Assembly: GCA_041641295.1 (NCBI GenBank)
Contig: JBEPYO010000001.1
Span: forward strand, 160,001 to 224,000
Direction: 5' to 3'
From: Nitrososphaerota archaeon
GTDB lineage: Archaea; Thermoproteota; Nitrososphaeria_A; Caldarchaeales; Calditenuaceae
DNA length: 64,000 nucleotides
The notes under the pieces are model-generated. The model had not been told where the DNA came from and made no database searches. It saw only the letters and a list, made by a program, of their open reading frames with translations. The first letter of the stretch is position 1. Every line of letters begins with the position of its first letter. Below are positions 20,819 through 30,362 of this stretch, piece after piece. Position numbers and translations under genes: made by a program.

Positions 20819-23328
20819 AGGAACTCGTCTAGTGTCCGCTTAACAGTCTTGCCGCCGCTGACTATCTCGTCGAAGTCCATGTCCAAGCTATCCAGCACTT
20901 GCTGGAAAACGCCCTTAAGGTATTCGACATAAGCCTCCACGTCCACTTGGTTCTTGTTGATCTCTATTCTGGGGTGTAGTGGTGTAACTCCCAATCTGTC
21001 CTTTGTCTTGACGTATTGGATTATGTCGCCTGAGCCTACTTTGACGCCTATTGCGGCCAGTTTTTGAGCGGCCTTGACGTGGGGCGGGGTTGTCTTGGTG
21101 TATTGCTCGGGGGATTTGGATAGCATGACGCTGAAGGCGAGGTCTGAGACCTCGAACTCTCTGTTTATCAACTTGTTGTAACTTTCCCTTATCAGCTTTA
21201 CCAGGTCTGCCTTGAACTTCTCGAAGTCTTCAGGCCGCCTGATCTGTTTCAAACCCTCTATCATCTGCTCGAAGAGCTGGTGGGCGAGGTTGAAGATGTG
21301 TCTCTTTTTACCCGTAAGCCCCTTTACATCTACCACTCCCTTGACGGTTAGCCCTAAGTAGTTCTTCTTCCTCTGTGATAAGACGACGTAGACGTATTCC
21401 TTATCTACTTCAAGGTCTAGGCCTAGGCTTTCGTCTGCCCACCTGATGAGCGTTTTGAGCATTTCCTCGTCATAGCCTTTCAGGAACAGTGAGTCAGTGT
21501 CACCATAGATTATCGTTCCGCCAAGCCCTCTCACCTTTTCAATCGCCTCTGAGAAGACGTATCTGCCGATAGCCGCGGTGCTCTCTGCGAGCGGCGGGCA
21601 GTATAGTGGGAACTCCTCGAATCCGAAGACGCCGTAGCTGGCGTTGAGGAAAACTTTGAGAGCCTTCTGTATAACGTCGTACCATATCCTCTTTTCTCTC
21701 GGTATCGACGGGTCTGAGCTTCTCGGCTTGTATATCCCCACCCTGATGTCTCTGAGAGACCCTATGATCTGGCTCTGGAGGCCGCGCCTCTTCGTGCAGA
21801 CCCAGTGGCCAGTCTCAGGCACGACGTTAGACCTGCACTCCTCGTGCGGGCAGCGTATAGTTTCGTAGCTTAAGTTCCACCTCTTCAGCGCTGAGGGGTA
21901 GAGGGAGGCGAAGTCGAGCACCTTAACTCCGAAATGTATCCCAGGTATTGGCTCAACAACTATAGCACCCCTATACTTCTTCCCCTCTATAATCGCCTTG
22001 GTGGTGGTCATGCCCTTCTCCTGCAGGATCTCCTCAGGCCTAGGTATCAGCCACCCCCTTCGCCTATGCTCAAAGTAGATGAGATTCTTTATCCAGCCCG
22101 AGACGCCGTGTCTGCAGAGATCTTCAATTGGGAGCCGGCTGATCCGGCATAGAACGAGGATCAGCCTGATGATGAGCCTCTCATTGTTTGAGAGGAGTTC
22201 ATAGACTAGCAGGGCGTCTCCGAAACTGTATGTGGCTAGTTCACGGGGTGAGAGCTCCGAGATCGGCCTCTCAATCTGGATCTTCCCCTTCCCCAGAAGC
22301 GCCTGCGAGATCGCTTCTAGAGTGTATTCACGGTACTTGTTGTCAAATGCGTAGACTTGGATAGACTTGTTTAGGAAAAAGCTGTAGAGATCAATGTGGG
22401 CGGCATTCTGGAATGTCGCCCCCTCCCTCCCTATCACGATCATATTCCTGCCCCGGTTAACTCCAAGCCTCTTGGCCCTGTTGTGAAGGTAGGGCAGGTC
22501 GAACTGGTCGCCATTGAAGGTGGCGATTATCGCGTAGTTGGAGAGAGCGTCGAAGACGTCTCCAAGCATCTTTTCCTCAGAGTCATACACCGAGACCTTG
22601 AAATCCAGTCCAGTGGTGTCGAGCGAGAAGTCCCCTCTTCTCAGCATGAACACCTCTCGCCGGCCGTCAGATCCGCAGATAGAGACGGCGATTACAGGGT
22701 CTTCGGCCTTTGAGGGGTCTGGGAGGCGAGTCGCTACTGGGCTAAAAACCTCGATGTCGAGGGCACAGTAGGGAGGTTCGAGCTGTTCAGCCTCCATAAC
22801 TGTTATCCAGCTGGAAACCTCGTGCAGGTCTTCCTCACTTAGCTTTTTGATCTGTGATGCCAGTTTCCTAGCTTCGTCTAAGCCCAGTGTCGCCGGTATT
22901 AGGCTGTTCCCTGAAGCATAGTAGGGCATCCCGCAGATTAGGCCCTTGTCGTAGAGGTAGTTGATGTGGTAGGGGATGTCGGATTCCCACGTCTTTATCC
23001 GCTCTCTGACCGAGTTCTTCCTACCGCCTATGGTGAGCGGATCCTTCACAACTATCTTTGTTAACTTGACCTTTCGCAGTCTGAGGGCGTCAAATTTCTC
23101 CTCCTCTTTCACCTCGACGATGTTGTCCCTTATGTCCTTGAGAGCTTCTAGAACCTCTTGCGGCGAGAGGTCGGTATAGCAGTAGGGGAGATGCCCCGAG
23201 TCGTCATACCTAACCTCTACTCTACCAGTGTCCTGTCTGAGAAGCTTGAGATATGCGAGTCCTTTCTCGCCGTCGTATCCGGCAGACAGGAGGAGAAGCT
23301 TATTCCCTTGATCTTGTCTTGACTGCAT
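20815..23328 (-). CDS. polB1: Family B DNA polymerase, PolB1 type
   Basis: Exo motifs DIEV and FNGDQFD; Pol motifs DFASLYPS, KVFLNASYG, YGDTDS, KKNY; C-terminal PIP-like TLDEFL; no intein-sized insert. Confidence 0.95.
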   Translation of the reverse strand: MQSRQDQGNKLLLLSAGYDGEKGLAYLKLLRQDTGRVEVRYDDSGHLPYCYTDLSPQEVLEALKDIRDNIVEVKEEEKFDALRLRKVKLTKIVVKDPLTIGGRKNSVRERIKTWESDIPYHINYLYDKGLICGMPYYASGNSLIPATLGLDEARKLASQIKKLSEEDLHEVSSWITVMEAEQLEPPYCALDIEVFSPVATRLPDPSKAEDPVIAVSICGSDGRREVFMLRRGDFSLDTTGLDFKVSVYDSEEKMLGDVFDALSNYAIIATFNGDQFDLPYLHNRAKRLGVNRGRNMIVIGREGATFQNAAHIDLYSFFLNKSIQVYAFDNKYREYTLEAISQALLGKGKIQIERPISELSPRELATYSFGDALLVYELLSNNERLIIRLILVLCRISRLPIEDLCRHGVSGWIKNLIYFEHRRRGWLIPRPEEILQEKGMTTTKAIIEGKKYRGAIVVEPIPGIHFGVKVLDFASLYPSALKRWNLSYETIRCPHEECRSNVVPETGHWVCTKRRGLQSQIIGSLRDIRVGIYKPRSSDPSIPREKRIWYDVIQKALKVFLNASYGVFGFEEFPLYCPPLAESTAAIGRYVFSEAIEKVRGLGGTIIYGDTDSLFLKGYDEEMLKTLIRWADESLGLDLEVDKEYVYVVLSQRKKNYLGLTVKGVVDVKGLTGKKRHIFNLAHQLFEQMIEGLKQIRRPEDFEKFKADLVKLIRESYNKLINREFEVSDLAFSVMLSKSPEQYTKTTPPHVKAAQKLAAIGVKVGSGDIIQYVKTKDRLGVTPLHPRIEINKNQVDVEAYVEYLKGVFQQVLDSLDMDFDEIVSGGKTVKRTLDEFL

Positions 23329-23421
23329 CTAAATTGTTGTTGGCTCATTAGCTGTATAAGCGTTTTTCTATCCAGAGAAAATCAACTTAAATAAGTCTAA
23401 CCCGTGATATCCTGAAAAGTT

Positions 23422-25689
23422 TTGGTTGGAGGGAGAAGGCTAGCCGGCATAGTAGCCCTAGCCCTCGCAGTTAGGCTAGCCCCCTCAGCTTATACTGGGC
23501 ATGGCTGGGACCTATTTGTGTGGCTAAGAACCTCAGAGCTTTTTCTCAGCGAGCAGATCAACATATACAGCTATCCACAGTTTGAGGGGTTTCCATGGGG
23601 CTTTTACGCCTATCCACCCCCTTGGTTATATCTGCTGGCCGGTTCGACCTATATTGCATCACTGCTGGGTGGAGGTAGAGAGGTATCCATCCTTTTTTTG
23701 AAGCTACCGATCATCGTGGCCGATGTTCTCTGCGGGCTCGTTTTGTGGCTCACGGCCAAGCAGCTGGGCCTAGGCGAGGAAGATGCCTACAAATTGGCCA
23801 CAATATACCTCCTAAACCCCCTGACCGTCTTCATCTCAAGCATCTGGGGAATGTTTGACGCAATACCCGCCCTTTTCACACTGCTAGCCCTCTATCTCCT
23901 ATTGTCGGGGAGAATGGCGGCAGCGTCAGCTTCACTAGGCCTTGCAACTGCGTTCAAAATATATCCAGTCATCCTTCTGCCATCAATAATCCTAGCCCAG
24001 ATCAGAAAGCAGGGTCTCAGACGTGTCATCACAAACCTTATCATCCCATTCGCATCCATACTCCTCGTTGTCTCACTCCCATTCCTAGGCGACCTGACCA
24101 GCTACCTAGGCAAGCTCCTCTACCACAGATCAAATGTTGGGCAATTCACCTACTGGACACTACTAGGAATTTTCATCGGAGGCGAGGTTGCTGGCGCTAT
24201 CGGATGGACACTATTCACGGCAACCCTCGCCATAACACTCTACAAACAGTATACTGACCCCAACCGCAGTAGAAATTTGACCATAATGTTTGCGGGCATC
24301 TTCACACTCTTTCTAGCAACTTCTCCAAAGATAAACGTTCAATACCTAGTGCTTGGGCTTCCGCTCCTCTTGCTGGCGGCTTGGATCCACGACGACCCTG
24401 AGTCGCGGAAGGAGATTAGGAGGAGACTCACACTACTTCACATGGCTGCCCTAGTTTTCATCGTTGGCAGCATTTTCATTATCGGCTATGACCCCGCAAA
24501 CATGGGGAAGGTTTCCAACCTAAGCCTAGTAGAATCTGGGCTTGCAGGGTCTCTAATCCTCGTGGCGGCTGGAGTTGCTGGCTGGGAGTCTGTAAAGCTC
24601 ACACTCGCACTGAACAAGCTTACAGTTCTTAAGAGAAGGTTGGATGAGAGGGCAGGGATTGCATCGATTATAGTGGTTGCATTAATAGTCGTTACTGTCC
24701 TACCCAGCCCAGCAGGTGTTAGGCTACCTGCACATCCACTAAGAGTCGCAATCCTAGAGAGCCCCGACTCTATATTTCAAGTAGGCTCCACGACCATACC
24801 TCCAGACCTATACCGGAACATAGGAGAGCCTACACACATAGTAATCCCTCTTTCTCCAGACTTCTTCATAGACTACCCGCAGCTGAGCCTCCGCAGCGAA
24901 GTCTCCAAGTACTTTAGGTTTAGATTGGATTCGGGTGGATGGACGCTTCTCGATCTTTCCAAACTTGTGGGAGGGCTGAGGGCTTCTGGGCTTAAGGTTT
25001 TAGCAGGAGTGTTTACGAAGAGCAAGGATCTACTTGTGTCCTATGGGATGCAGGGATATGAGTCAAGCTGGTTCAGTGCAAATCAGCACCTCGTTGTTAA
25101 GAATGATAGGATGGCTTTTGGAGTGATGCTCCCCATGAACACTAGTCTGGCCGAGTTTTATGCACGGCGAGTCTCAGCGGCAGTCTACTCTTTAGGCTTC
25201 GACGGCGTATACGTGTTGTCTCCACAAGAAGGTCTGGTCTCAATTGGGGATGTGGAGTGGATTGAACCTCTGCTGGTTGAGCTGCGAGCCAATCTCGACA
25301 GCTCGAAAGAAGTTTTCGTCGATGGTGTAGACCCCTTACTCGGCGGCGATGCTATGGAGAGATTGATGAGCTACGCCGACTACATAGTCATAAGATCGCC
25401 TATTTGGATCCGCGAGATAGCCTCGGAAGAGCCGCGGCTCGGCCCCGAATATACTGAGCAGCTTAGGGCTGTGCTAGACCAGATTGATGAACAGAGAAAG
25501 TCGCACATACTTTACTCTGTTAATGTGATGGATTTCTCCAGCGGCTGGCTCATACCAGCAGTACAGGTCCAGCTCCAAGTTGACACATTCTCCTCCCTGA
25601 TTAATAGAGGGTTTGTGATTTACTTCGCCTCGAGATACATCCCCTACCGTCTAACTCTTGGCACAACAGCTTTGAGGGCTGGTTCGTAG
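23422..25689 (+). CDS. GT-C (GT87/PIG-M-like) membrane glycosyltransferase with C-terminal GH18-like domain
   Basis: GHGWD, YAYPP, LKLPIIVAD, LLNPL..SSIWGMFD and FKIYP in a multi-TM N-half; soluble C-half with GLKVLAGV / GFDGVYV / YADYIVI. Confidence 0.7.
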   Translation: MVGGRRLAGIVALALAVRLAPSAYTGHGWDLFVWLRTSELFLSEQINIYSYPQFEGFPWGFYAYPPPWLYLLAGSTYIASLLGGGREVSILFLKLPIIVADVLCGLVLWLTAKQLGLGEEDAYKLATIYLLNPLTVFISSIWGMFDAIPALFTLLALYLLLSGRMAAASASLGLATAFKIYPVILLPSIILAQIRKQGLRRVITNLIIPFASILLVVSLPFLGDLTSYLGKLLYHRSNVGQFTYWTLLGIFIGGEVAGAIGWTLFTATLAITLYKQYTDPNRSRNLTIMFAGIFTLFLATSPKINVQYLVLGLPLLLLAAWIHDDPESRKEIRRRLTLLHMAALVFIVGSIFIIGYDPANMGKVSNLSLVESGLAGSLILVAAGVAGWESVKLTLALNKLTVLKRRLDERAGIASIIVVALIVVTVLPSPAGVRLPAHPLRVAILESPDSIFQVGSTTIPPDLYRNIGEPTHIVIPLSPDFFIDYPQLSLRSEVSKYFRFRLDSGGWTLLDLSKLVGGLRASGLKVLAGVFTKSKDLLVSYGMQGYESSWFSANQHLVVKNDRMAFGVMLPMNTSLAEFYARRVSAAVYSLGFDGVYVLSPQEGLVSIGDVEWIEPLLVELRANLDSSKEVFVDGVDPLLGGDAMERLMSYADYIVIRSPIWIREIASEEPRLGPEYTEQLRAVLDQIDEQRKSHILYSVNVMDFSSGWLIPAVQVQLQVDTFSSLINRGFVIYFASRYIPYRLTLGTTALRAGS

Positions 25690-25731
25690 GGCTAAGGTTC
25701 TTAAGGCGGGTGTGGCAACTCGGATGGATAG

Positions 25732-26340
25732 ATGAGTACAGGGTGGGAGCCGAAGACACTGGTTGGGAGGCTTGTCAAGGAGGGGAAAATAACCTCCATA
25801 GAAGAGTTATTCGCCAATAACTACAGGATAACCGAGCCCGAAATAGTCGATCTACTTGTCCCCAACCTCCAGCAGGAGGTAATCGACATCAAGCTCGTGC
25901 AGAGGCAGACAGACGCAGGCGAGAAGTCGCGGTATAAGGCGATAGTCGCGGTGGGCAACGGAGATGGTCTTATCGGGCTCGGAACCGCCAAGTCAACCCA
26001 GGTGGTTATGGCTATTGAAAGGGCTGTTAACAGGGCTAAGATGAACCTGATATATGTCCAGAGGGGGTGTGGCAGCTGGGAGTGCGCCTGCGGGGAGCCC
26101 CACAGCCTCCGAGTAACAGTGAAGGGTAAGTGCGGTAGTGTCGAGGTCCATCTACTCCCTGCTCCCCGCGGGCTGGGGCTTGTGGCCGGCGATATCGCCA
26201 AGATCATGCTGAGGCTGGCCGGCGTAAGCGATTGCTGGCTAAGGAGCTTCGGCGAGACGCGAACGCCATTAAGCATGGCCGGGGCTGTATACGACGCGTT
26301 AAAGAGAACAAACTACATAGTTCTGCCAAGCATGTGGTGA
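25732..26340 (+). CDS. rps5: 30S ribosomal protein uS5
   Basis: WEPKTLVGRLVKEGKI, QRQTDAGE, RGCGSWEC, PAPRGLGLVAG. Confidence 0.97.
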   Translation: MSTGWEPKTLVGRLVKEGKITSIEELFANNYRITEPEIVDLLVPNLQQEVIDIKLVQRQTDAGEKSRYKAIVAVGNGDGLIGLGTAKSTQVVMAIERAVNRAKMNLIYVQRGCGSWECACGEPHSLRVTVKGKCGSVEVHLLPAPRGLGLVAGDIAKIMLRLAGVSDCWLRSFGETRTPLSMAGAVYDALKRTNYIVLPSMW

Positions 26341-26347
26341 AGAGGCT

Positions 26348-26821
26348 TTGGATAAAGCCCCACCCGTGATCGTCATTAGGATCAGAGGTCCTTCCGGGAT
26401 GGACTCTGAGACAGAGTATTCACTGAGGCTTTTGAACCTGAAGAGAGCGAACCACGCAGCCATACTCCCCCTGAACCCGAGTGTTAGAGGTATCCTAAGG
26501 AAGGTTGAACCCTATGTGACTTGGGGGGAGGCCACGCCTGAGATGCTGGTTAAGCTGTTCAGGAGGGCTGATCTCCAGCCCGGTGTAAAGGTTGAGGAGG
26601 AGCTCAGCAGGCTCGGCGTCTCAAGCTATGAAGAGCTGGCTGAGAAGATCTGCAAAGGTGAGCTGGATGTTAGAGTGTTAAGAAGGATTTTCAAGCCCGC
26701 TTTTAGGCTCCATCCGCCCCGAGGAGGCTTCAAGGGGAGTATAAAGCGCCCTGTAAGTCAGAAGGGGGTCATAGGGTATGCGGGCGAGAGGATTGGAAGG
26801 CTTATAGAGGCTATGTGCTAG
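26348..26821 (+). CDS. rpl30: 50S ribosomal protein uL30
   Basis: VIRIRG, YVTWGE, FRLHPPRGGFK; position after S5. Confidence 0.95.
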   Translation: MDKAPPVIVIRIRGPSGMDSETEYSLRLLNLKRANHAAILPLNPSVRGILRKVEPYVTWGEATPEMLVKLFRRADLQPGVKVEEELSRLGVSSYEELAEKICKGELDVRVLRRIFKPAFRLHPPRGGFKGSIKRPVSQKGVIGYAGERIGRLIEAMC

Positions 26822-26868
26822 CGGGTGGTCGGGAGGATATATATCAGGGGTTGGTGTGAGAAGTTAGG

Positions 26869-27312
26869 GTGTCTCTGATGCCCACGAGGCTTCGGAAGGT
26901 GCGGAAGAGGCGTGGATCCCGTACGCATGGTTGGGGGCAGATAGGCCAGCATAGAAAGCATGGAGCCAAAGGAGGTCGAGGAATGGCGGGAGGACATAAG
27001 CACAAGTGGACATGGATTATAAAATACGCGCCAGACCATTTTGGGGAGAAGGGGTTCCACCCACCCACGTCAAGGGAAGTTAAAGCGATAAACTTGGACC
27101 AAGTCTCAGTGATTGCCGAGAAGCTTAAAACTAGGGGAACGGCAAAAAGTGAAGATGGAAAGATAGTAGTCGACCTCCCATCACTTGGGTATGACAAGGT
27201 TCTCGGTAAAGGCCGTCTTACCATTCCAGTAAAGATAGTGGCGAAGGCCTGGACACCTAGGGCTGAAGAGAAGATTTTAGCCTCAAACTCAGTAATAGTG
27301 GCGGCTGAATAG
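26869..27312 (+). CDS. rpl15: 50S ribosomal protein uL15
   Basis: RGSRTHGWG, GGRGMAG, GYDKVLGKG. Confidence 0.97.
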   Translation: MSLMPTRLRKVRKRRGSRTHGWGQIGQHRKHGAKGGRGMAGGHKHKWTWIIKYAPDHFGEKGFHPPTSREVKAINLDQVSVIAEKLKTRGTAKSEDGKIVVDLPSLGYDKVLGKGRLTIPVKIVAKAWTPRAEEKILASNSVIVAAE

Positions 27313-27316
27313 GGAG

Positions 27317-28747
27317 ATGAGTGAGGAGAGGAGAAGGCTCGGCGAGGTTCTTACAAGACTTCTGCCAGAGGCCGCTAAGCCAATCAAGAGGCTTACGCTT
27401 TCAGAACGACTCATCTGGACAGCACTAGTCCTTGTGATATACGAGGCCATGAGCAGCACCGCACTCTACGGAGTATCAGTCTCACCCCAGCAGGCCAGCC
27501 CCCTACTCCTCAACATAATCTTCGCATCCAACATCGGTACACTAACTACCCTGGGGATAGGCCCAATAGTCACCGGTGGCCTGATCCTCCAGCTCCTCGT
27601 GGGGGCTGAGATACTGCGCCTAGACCTAAAAAAGAGTGAGGATAGAGCGCTATTCACAGCACTCAGCAAAGTCTTCACACTGGTGATAGCGATATTTCAA
27701 GGGGCGGCCTACATATTCGCGGGATACTTCGGGACGCTTACACCCACCGCACAACTCCTCGTATTCGCACAGCTCTTCTTCGCAACAGTCGTGATAATGC
27801 TGATGGACGAGCTGGTTCAGAAGGGGTGGGGTCTTGGAAGCGGGATAAGCCTCTTCATCGCCGCGGGTGTGGCTGGACAGATATTCTCCGACCTCTTCTC
27901 ACCCCTCATCCTCCAAGACGGGTACTTCCACGGAGTCATCCTCGCAGTTGTCCAGGGCTTATTCACGCCCGATGGTATTGGGCCGCTCTTCATAAGACAC
28001 GTGGCTCAACGCGGCGACATCCTTGGGCTCATATCAACCATCTCAATAATCCTGGCTCTAATCTACTTGGAGGGTGTTAGAGTCAATATTCCAATCAGCC
28101 ACTCGAGGTATAGCGGGTTTAGAGGAACATACCCGATCAAGCTGCTCTACGTCTCCAACGTCCCAGTCATCTTCGCCTCAACAATCTTCACAAACATCTA
28201 CTACCTCTCCTCAATCGTGTGGTCAAGATACAACTCGGACAACTCAAACCCGATCCTAAACCTCCTAGGCACATTCACAGTCGCCGAGGGGAGAAACCAG
28301 CCCATCCCCACCGGCGGCCTAGCCTACTACGCGCTAGGCCCATCAAACTTTACAGAGGCTGTTGCCGACCCAATAAGGTCTCTCGCCTTTGTGGGGCTTA
28401 TGGTAGGGTTCTGCCTCATGCTGGGGCGGTTCTGGATTACTGTCGGTGGGCTATCGCCTGAGAGGGTTGCAGACCAGCTAATAGCTGCAGGCATGCAGGT
28501 TCCCGGCTTCAGAAGGTCGCCTGTCATTATCTCTTCAATCCTCCGCCGATACATCTATACAGTAGCCATCATAGGTTCAATTATAGTAGGCCTCTTGGCA
28601 AGTACAGCAAACTATGTCAACGCCTTCGGGACAGGGACTGGACTACTACTAATGATTGGAATCCTCTACCAGTATTACCAGATACTGGTGAGGGAGCGCG
28701 TAGCCGAGACCTACCCGGCCCTCGCGCGGCTCGTGGGTGAGGAGTAG
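27317..28747 (+). CDS. secY: Preprotein translocase SecY
   Basis: LGIGPIVT, KGWGLGSGISLFI, YPIKLLYVSNVP, QVPGFR, GTGLLL. Confidence 0.97.
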   Translation: MSEERRRLGEVLTRLLPEAAKPIKRLTLSERLIWTALVLVIYEAMSSTALYGVSVSPQQASPLLLNIIFASNIGTLTTLGIGPIVTGGLILQLLVGAEILRLDLKKSEDRALFTALSKVFTLVIAIFQGAAYIFAGYFGTLTPTAQLLVFAQLFFATVVIMLMDELVQKGWGLGSGISLFIAAGVAGQIFSDLFSPLILQDGYFHGVILAVVQGLFTPDGIGPLFIRHVAQRGDILGLISTISIILALIYLEGVRVNIPISHSRYSGFRGTYPIKLLYVSNVPVIFASTIFTNIYYLSSIVWSRYNSDNSNPILNLLGTFTVAEGRNQPIPTGGLAYYALGPSNFTEAVADPIRSLAFVGLMVGFCLMLGRFWITVGGLSPERVADQLIAAGMQVPGFRRSPVIISSILRRYIYTVAIIGSIIVGLLASTANYVNAFGTGTGLLLMIGILYQYYQILVRERVAETYPALARLVGEE

Positions 28748-28749
28748 GG

Positions 28750-29223
28750 ATGGTTGAGGCTGCTGTCTTCGAGATATTAGGCTTCTCCGCTATGCTGGCA
28801 GTAGTCTCAGCCGGCCTTCGACGCGTAATCTTAAGCAAGGAGGACATGCTCGCAATGCAAGAGGTTACCAAATATAATCGGGAGCTCATGAAGGCATTGA
28901 GGGAGAAGGACATGAAAGCCGTGGAGAGGCTGGAGAAGAAGAAGGAATACATGCAGAAGGTCCAAGCCAAGATATTCGGAAAAAACATGATACTCATGTT
29001 AATCTCCATGGTAATCTTCTTCACCTTTTTCTTCTTCGCAAATGCGAGGTATGGCCACACACCGCTCCTAACCATGCCGCCCGGGCTCGAGCTGCCATTC
29101 ATCTCGGTGGCGGGGAAAATACAGTTTTTCGGCTGGTATCTATTGACATTCTTCGCTATCAGCCTGCCGATAAACAAGTTTTTAGGTATGAAGATTACTA
29201 CTTCAGACACCGCAAAGAAGTAG
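28750..29223 (+). CDS. DUF106 / EMC3-TMCO1 (Oxa1 superfamily) membrane protein
   Basis: TM-coiled coil-TM-TM architecture, GWY motif, conserved position after secY. Confidence 0.85.
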   Translation: MVEAAVFEILGFSAMLAVVSAGLRRVILSKEDMLAMQEVTKYNRELMKALREKDMKAVERLEKKKEYMQKVQAKIFGKNMILMLISMVIFFTFFFFANARYGHTPLLTMPPGLELPFISVAGKIQFFGWYLLTFFAISLPINKFLGMKITTSDTAKK

Positions 29224-29229
29224 GAGGAG

Positions 29230-29436
29230 GTGTTTCAGAAGTTGACTCGGAGATGCGCGTGGTGTGGCCGGCCGCTGGGGGGCGTCTCTGATGGGCGGAA
29301 GCTGCCAGCTAGTGAGAAGCGGGTGGAGAGGCTATATGGGGGATATCTCTGCCACGCCTGTCTAAGAGATGCGATTCTCAGATGGGTTGTGAAGGAGGCT
29401 GCAGCGAGCAGCCCTACAAGTCAAAGTAGTGCCTGA
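29230..29436 (+). CDS. rpl34e: 50S ribosomal protein eL34, short form
   Basis: [11 protein letters not shown]...[16 protein letters not shown]; GGAGG SD before GTG. Confidence 0.85.
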   Translation: MFQKLTRRCAWCGRPLGGVSDGRKLPASEKRVERLYGGYLCHACLRDAILRWVVKEAAASSPTSQSSA

Positions 29437-30031
29437 CGGCCAAGTACACTATCTCAAAAACCTCCTCACCACTAAGGCGCGAAGTGTCCAATATGAGGTG
29501 GAATGGGGTATAATCCTCGCCCAGCTTCATGCCATACAGACGATGGTAGAGTTCCACGTTTCTTGCATCTCGCTCATCCAGTATCCTTCGCGCCTCCTCG
29601 AGTCTGAGCCCAGCCCTCTTGGCCAGCCTCTCCGCCCTCACCTCTTTATCCGCCTTGAGCCAGACCTTGAACCCGCCGTCGAAGAGCCATGGTAAGACCC
29701 AGCTATCAATAACGACCCCGCCACGCCGAGCCAACCTGAGAAGCTCCTCATCAACCATCCTGTCCAGGCTCCCATCCCTCTCCCTCAGTGCTAGAAACTG
29801 CATACCTGCCTCACTCTCCCACCACCTGTTCCCAGATGTGTCGAAGCCCCTCTGCTTGGCGATCGATTTCAAAGCCTCTCCCCCAGAGTAGCGTTCAACA
29901 CCCAGCCTCTCGGCGAGAAGGCGCGATAAGGTACTCTTCCCCGAAGCCGCTAGACCACTCACTATAACCACGATGTCCGTCTTAGGCACAGATATTGATT
30001 CGCATAGCGAGTTAAAAAGGGTAGAGATCAC
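29414..30031 (-). CDS. cmk: Cytidylate kinase (archaeal type)
   Basis: [11 protein letters not shown]-loop, VIDSW, KVWLKA, RYSGG; true start probably about 14 codons downstream of the ORF-track start. Confidence 0.9.
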   Translation of the reverse strand: MISTLFNSLCESISVPKTDIVVIVSGLAASGKSTLSRLLAERLGVERYSGGEALKSIAKQRGFDTSGNRWWESEAGMQFLALRERDGSLDRMVDEELLRLARRGGVVIDSWVLPWLFDGGFKVWLKADKEVRAERLAKRAGLRLEEARRILDERDARNVELYHRLYGMKLGEDYTPFHLILDTSRLSGEEVFEIVYLAVRHYFDL

Positions 30032-30068
30032 TGCGCGGCTGAGATTTATTACAGGGCATTAGTGATAG

Positions 30069-30362
30069 GTGGATTCAGGTATGGTGGCCGAGATTGGAAG
30101 AATAGTGGTGAAGGTTGCAGGGCGCGACGCCGGTCTAAAAGGAGTTGTAGTGAATGTTGTAGGAGGCAATAGGGTACTCGTTACTGGTCCGCCCGGCTTA
30201 ACTGGTCTTAGGAGGCGCGCCGTAAACATCCTCCACATCCTGCCAACACAGTATAAGATCGAGGTGAAGAGGGACGCGAGTGATGAGGAGGTGGTAAAGG
30301 CACTGGAGGAGAGTGGGCTTATCGACTACATGAAGAGGAGGGCTGAGATATCTAGGTGGTAG
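30069..30362 (+). CDS. rpl14e: 50S ribosomal protein eL14
   Basis: [15 protein letters not shown]...[21 protein letters not shown]. Confidence 0.95.
   Translation: MDSGMVAEIGRIVVKVAGRDAGLKGVVVNVVGGNRVLVTGPPGLTGLRRRAVNILHILPTQYKIEVKRDASDEEVVKALEESGLIDYMKRRAEISRW

Noticed and set aside
20815-23328. Intein in PolB1 (also checked Cdc48)
   Set aside because: Lengths are normal and the catalytic motifs are contiguous
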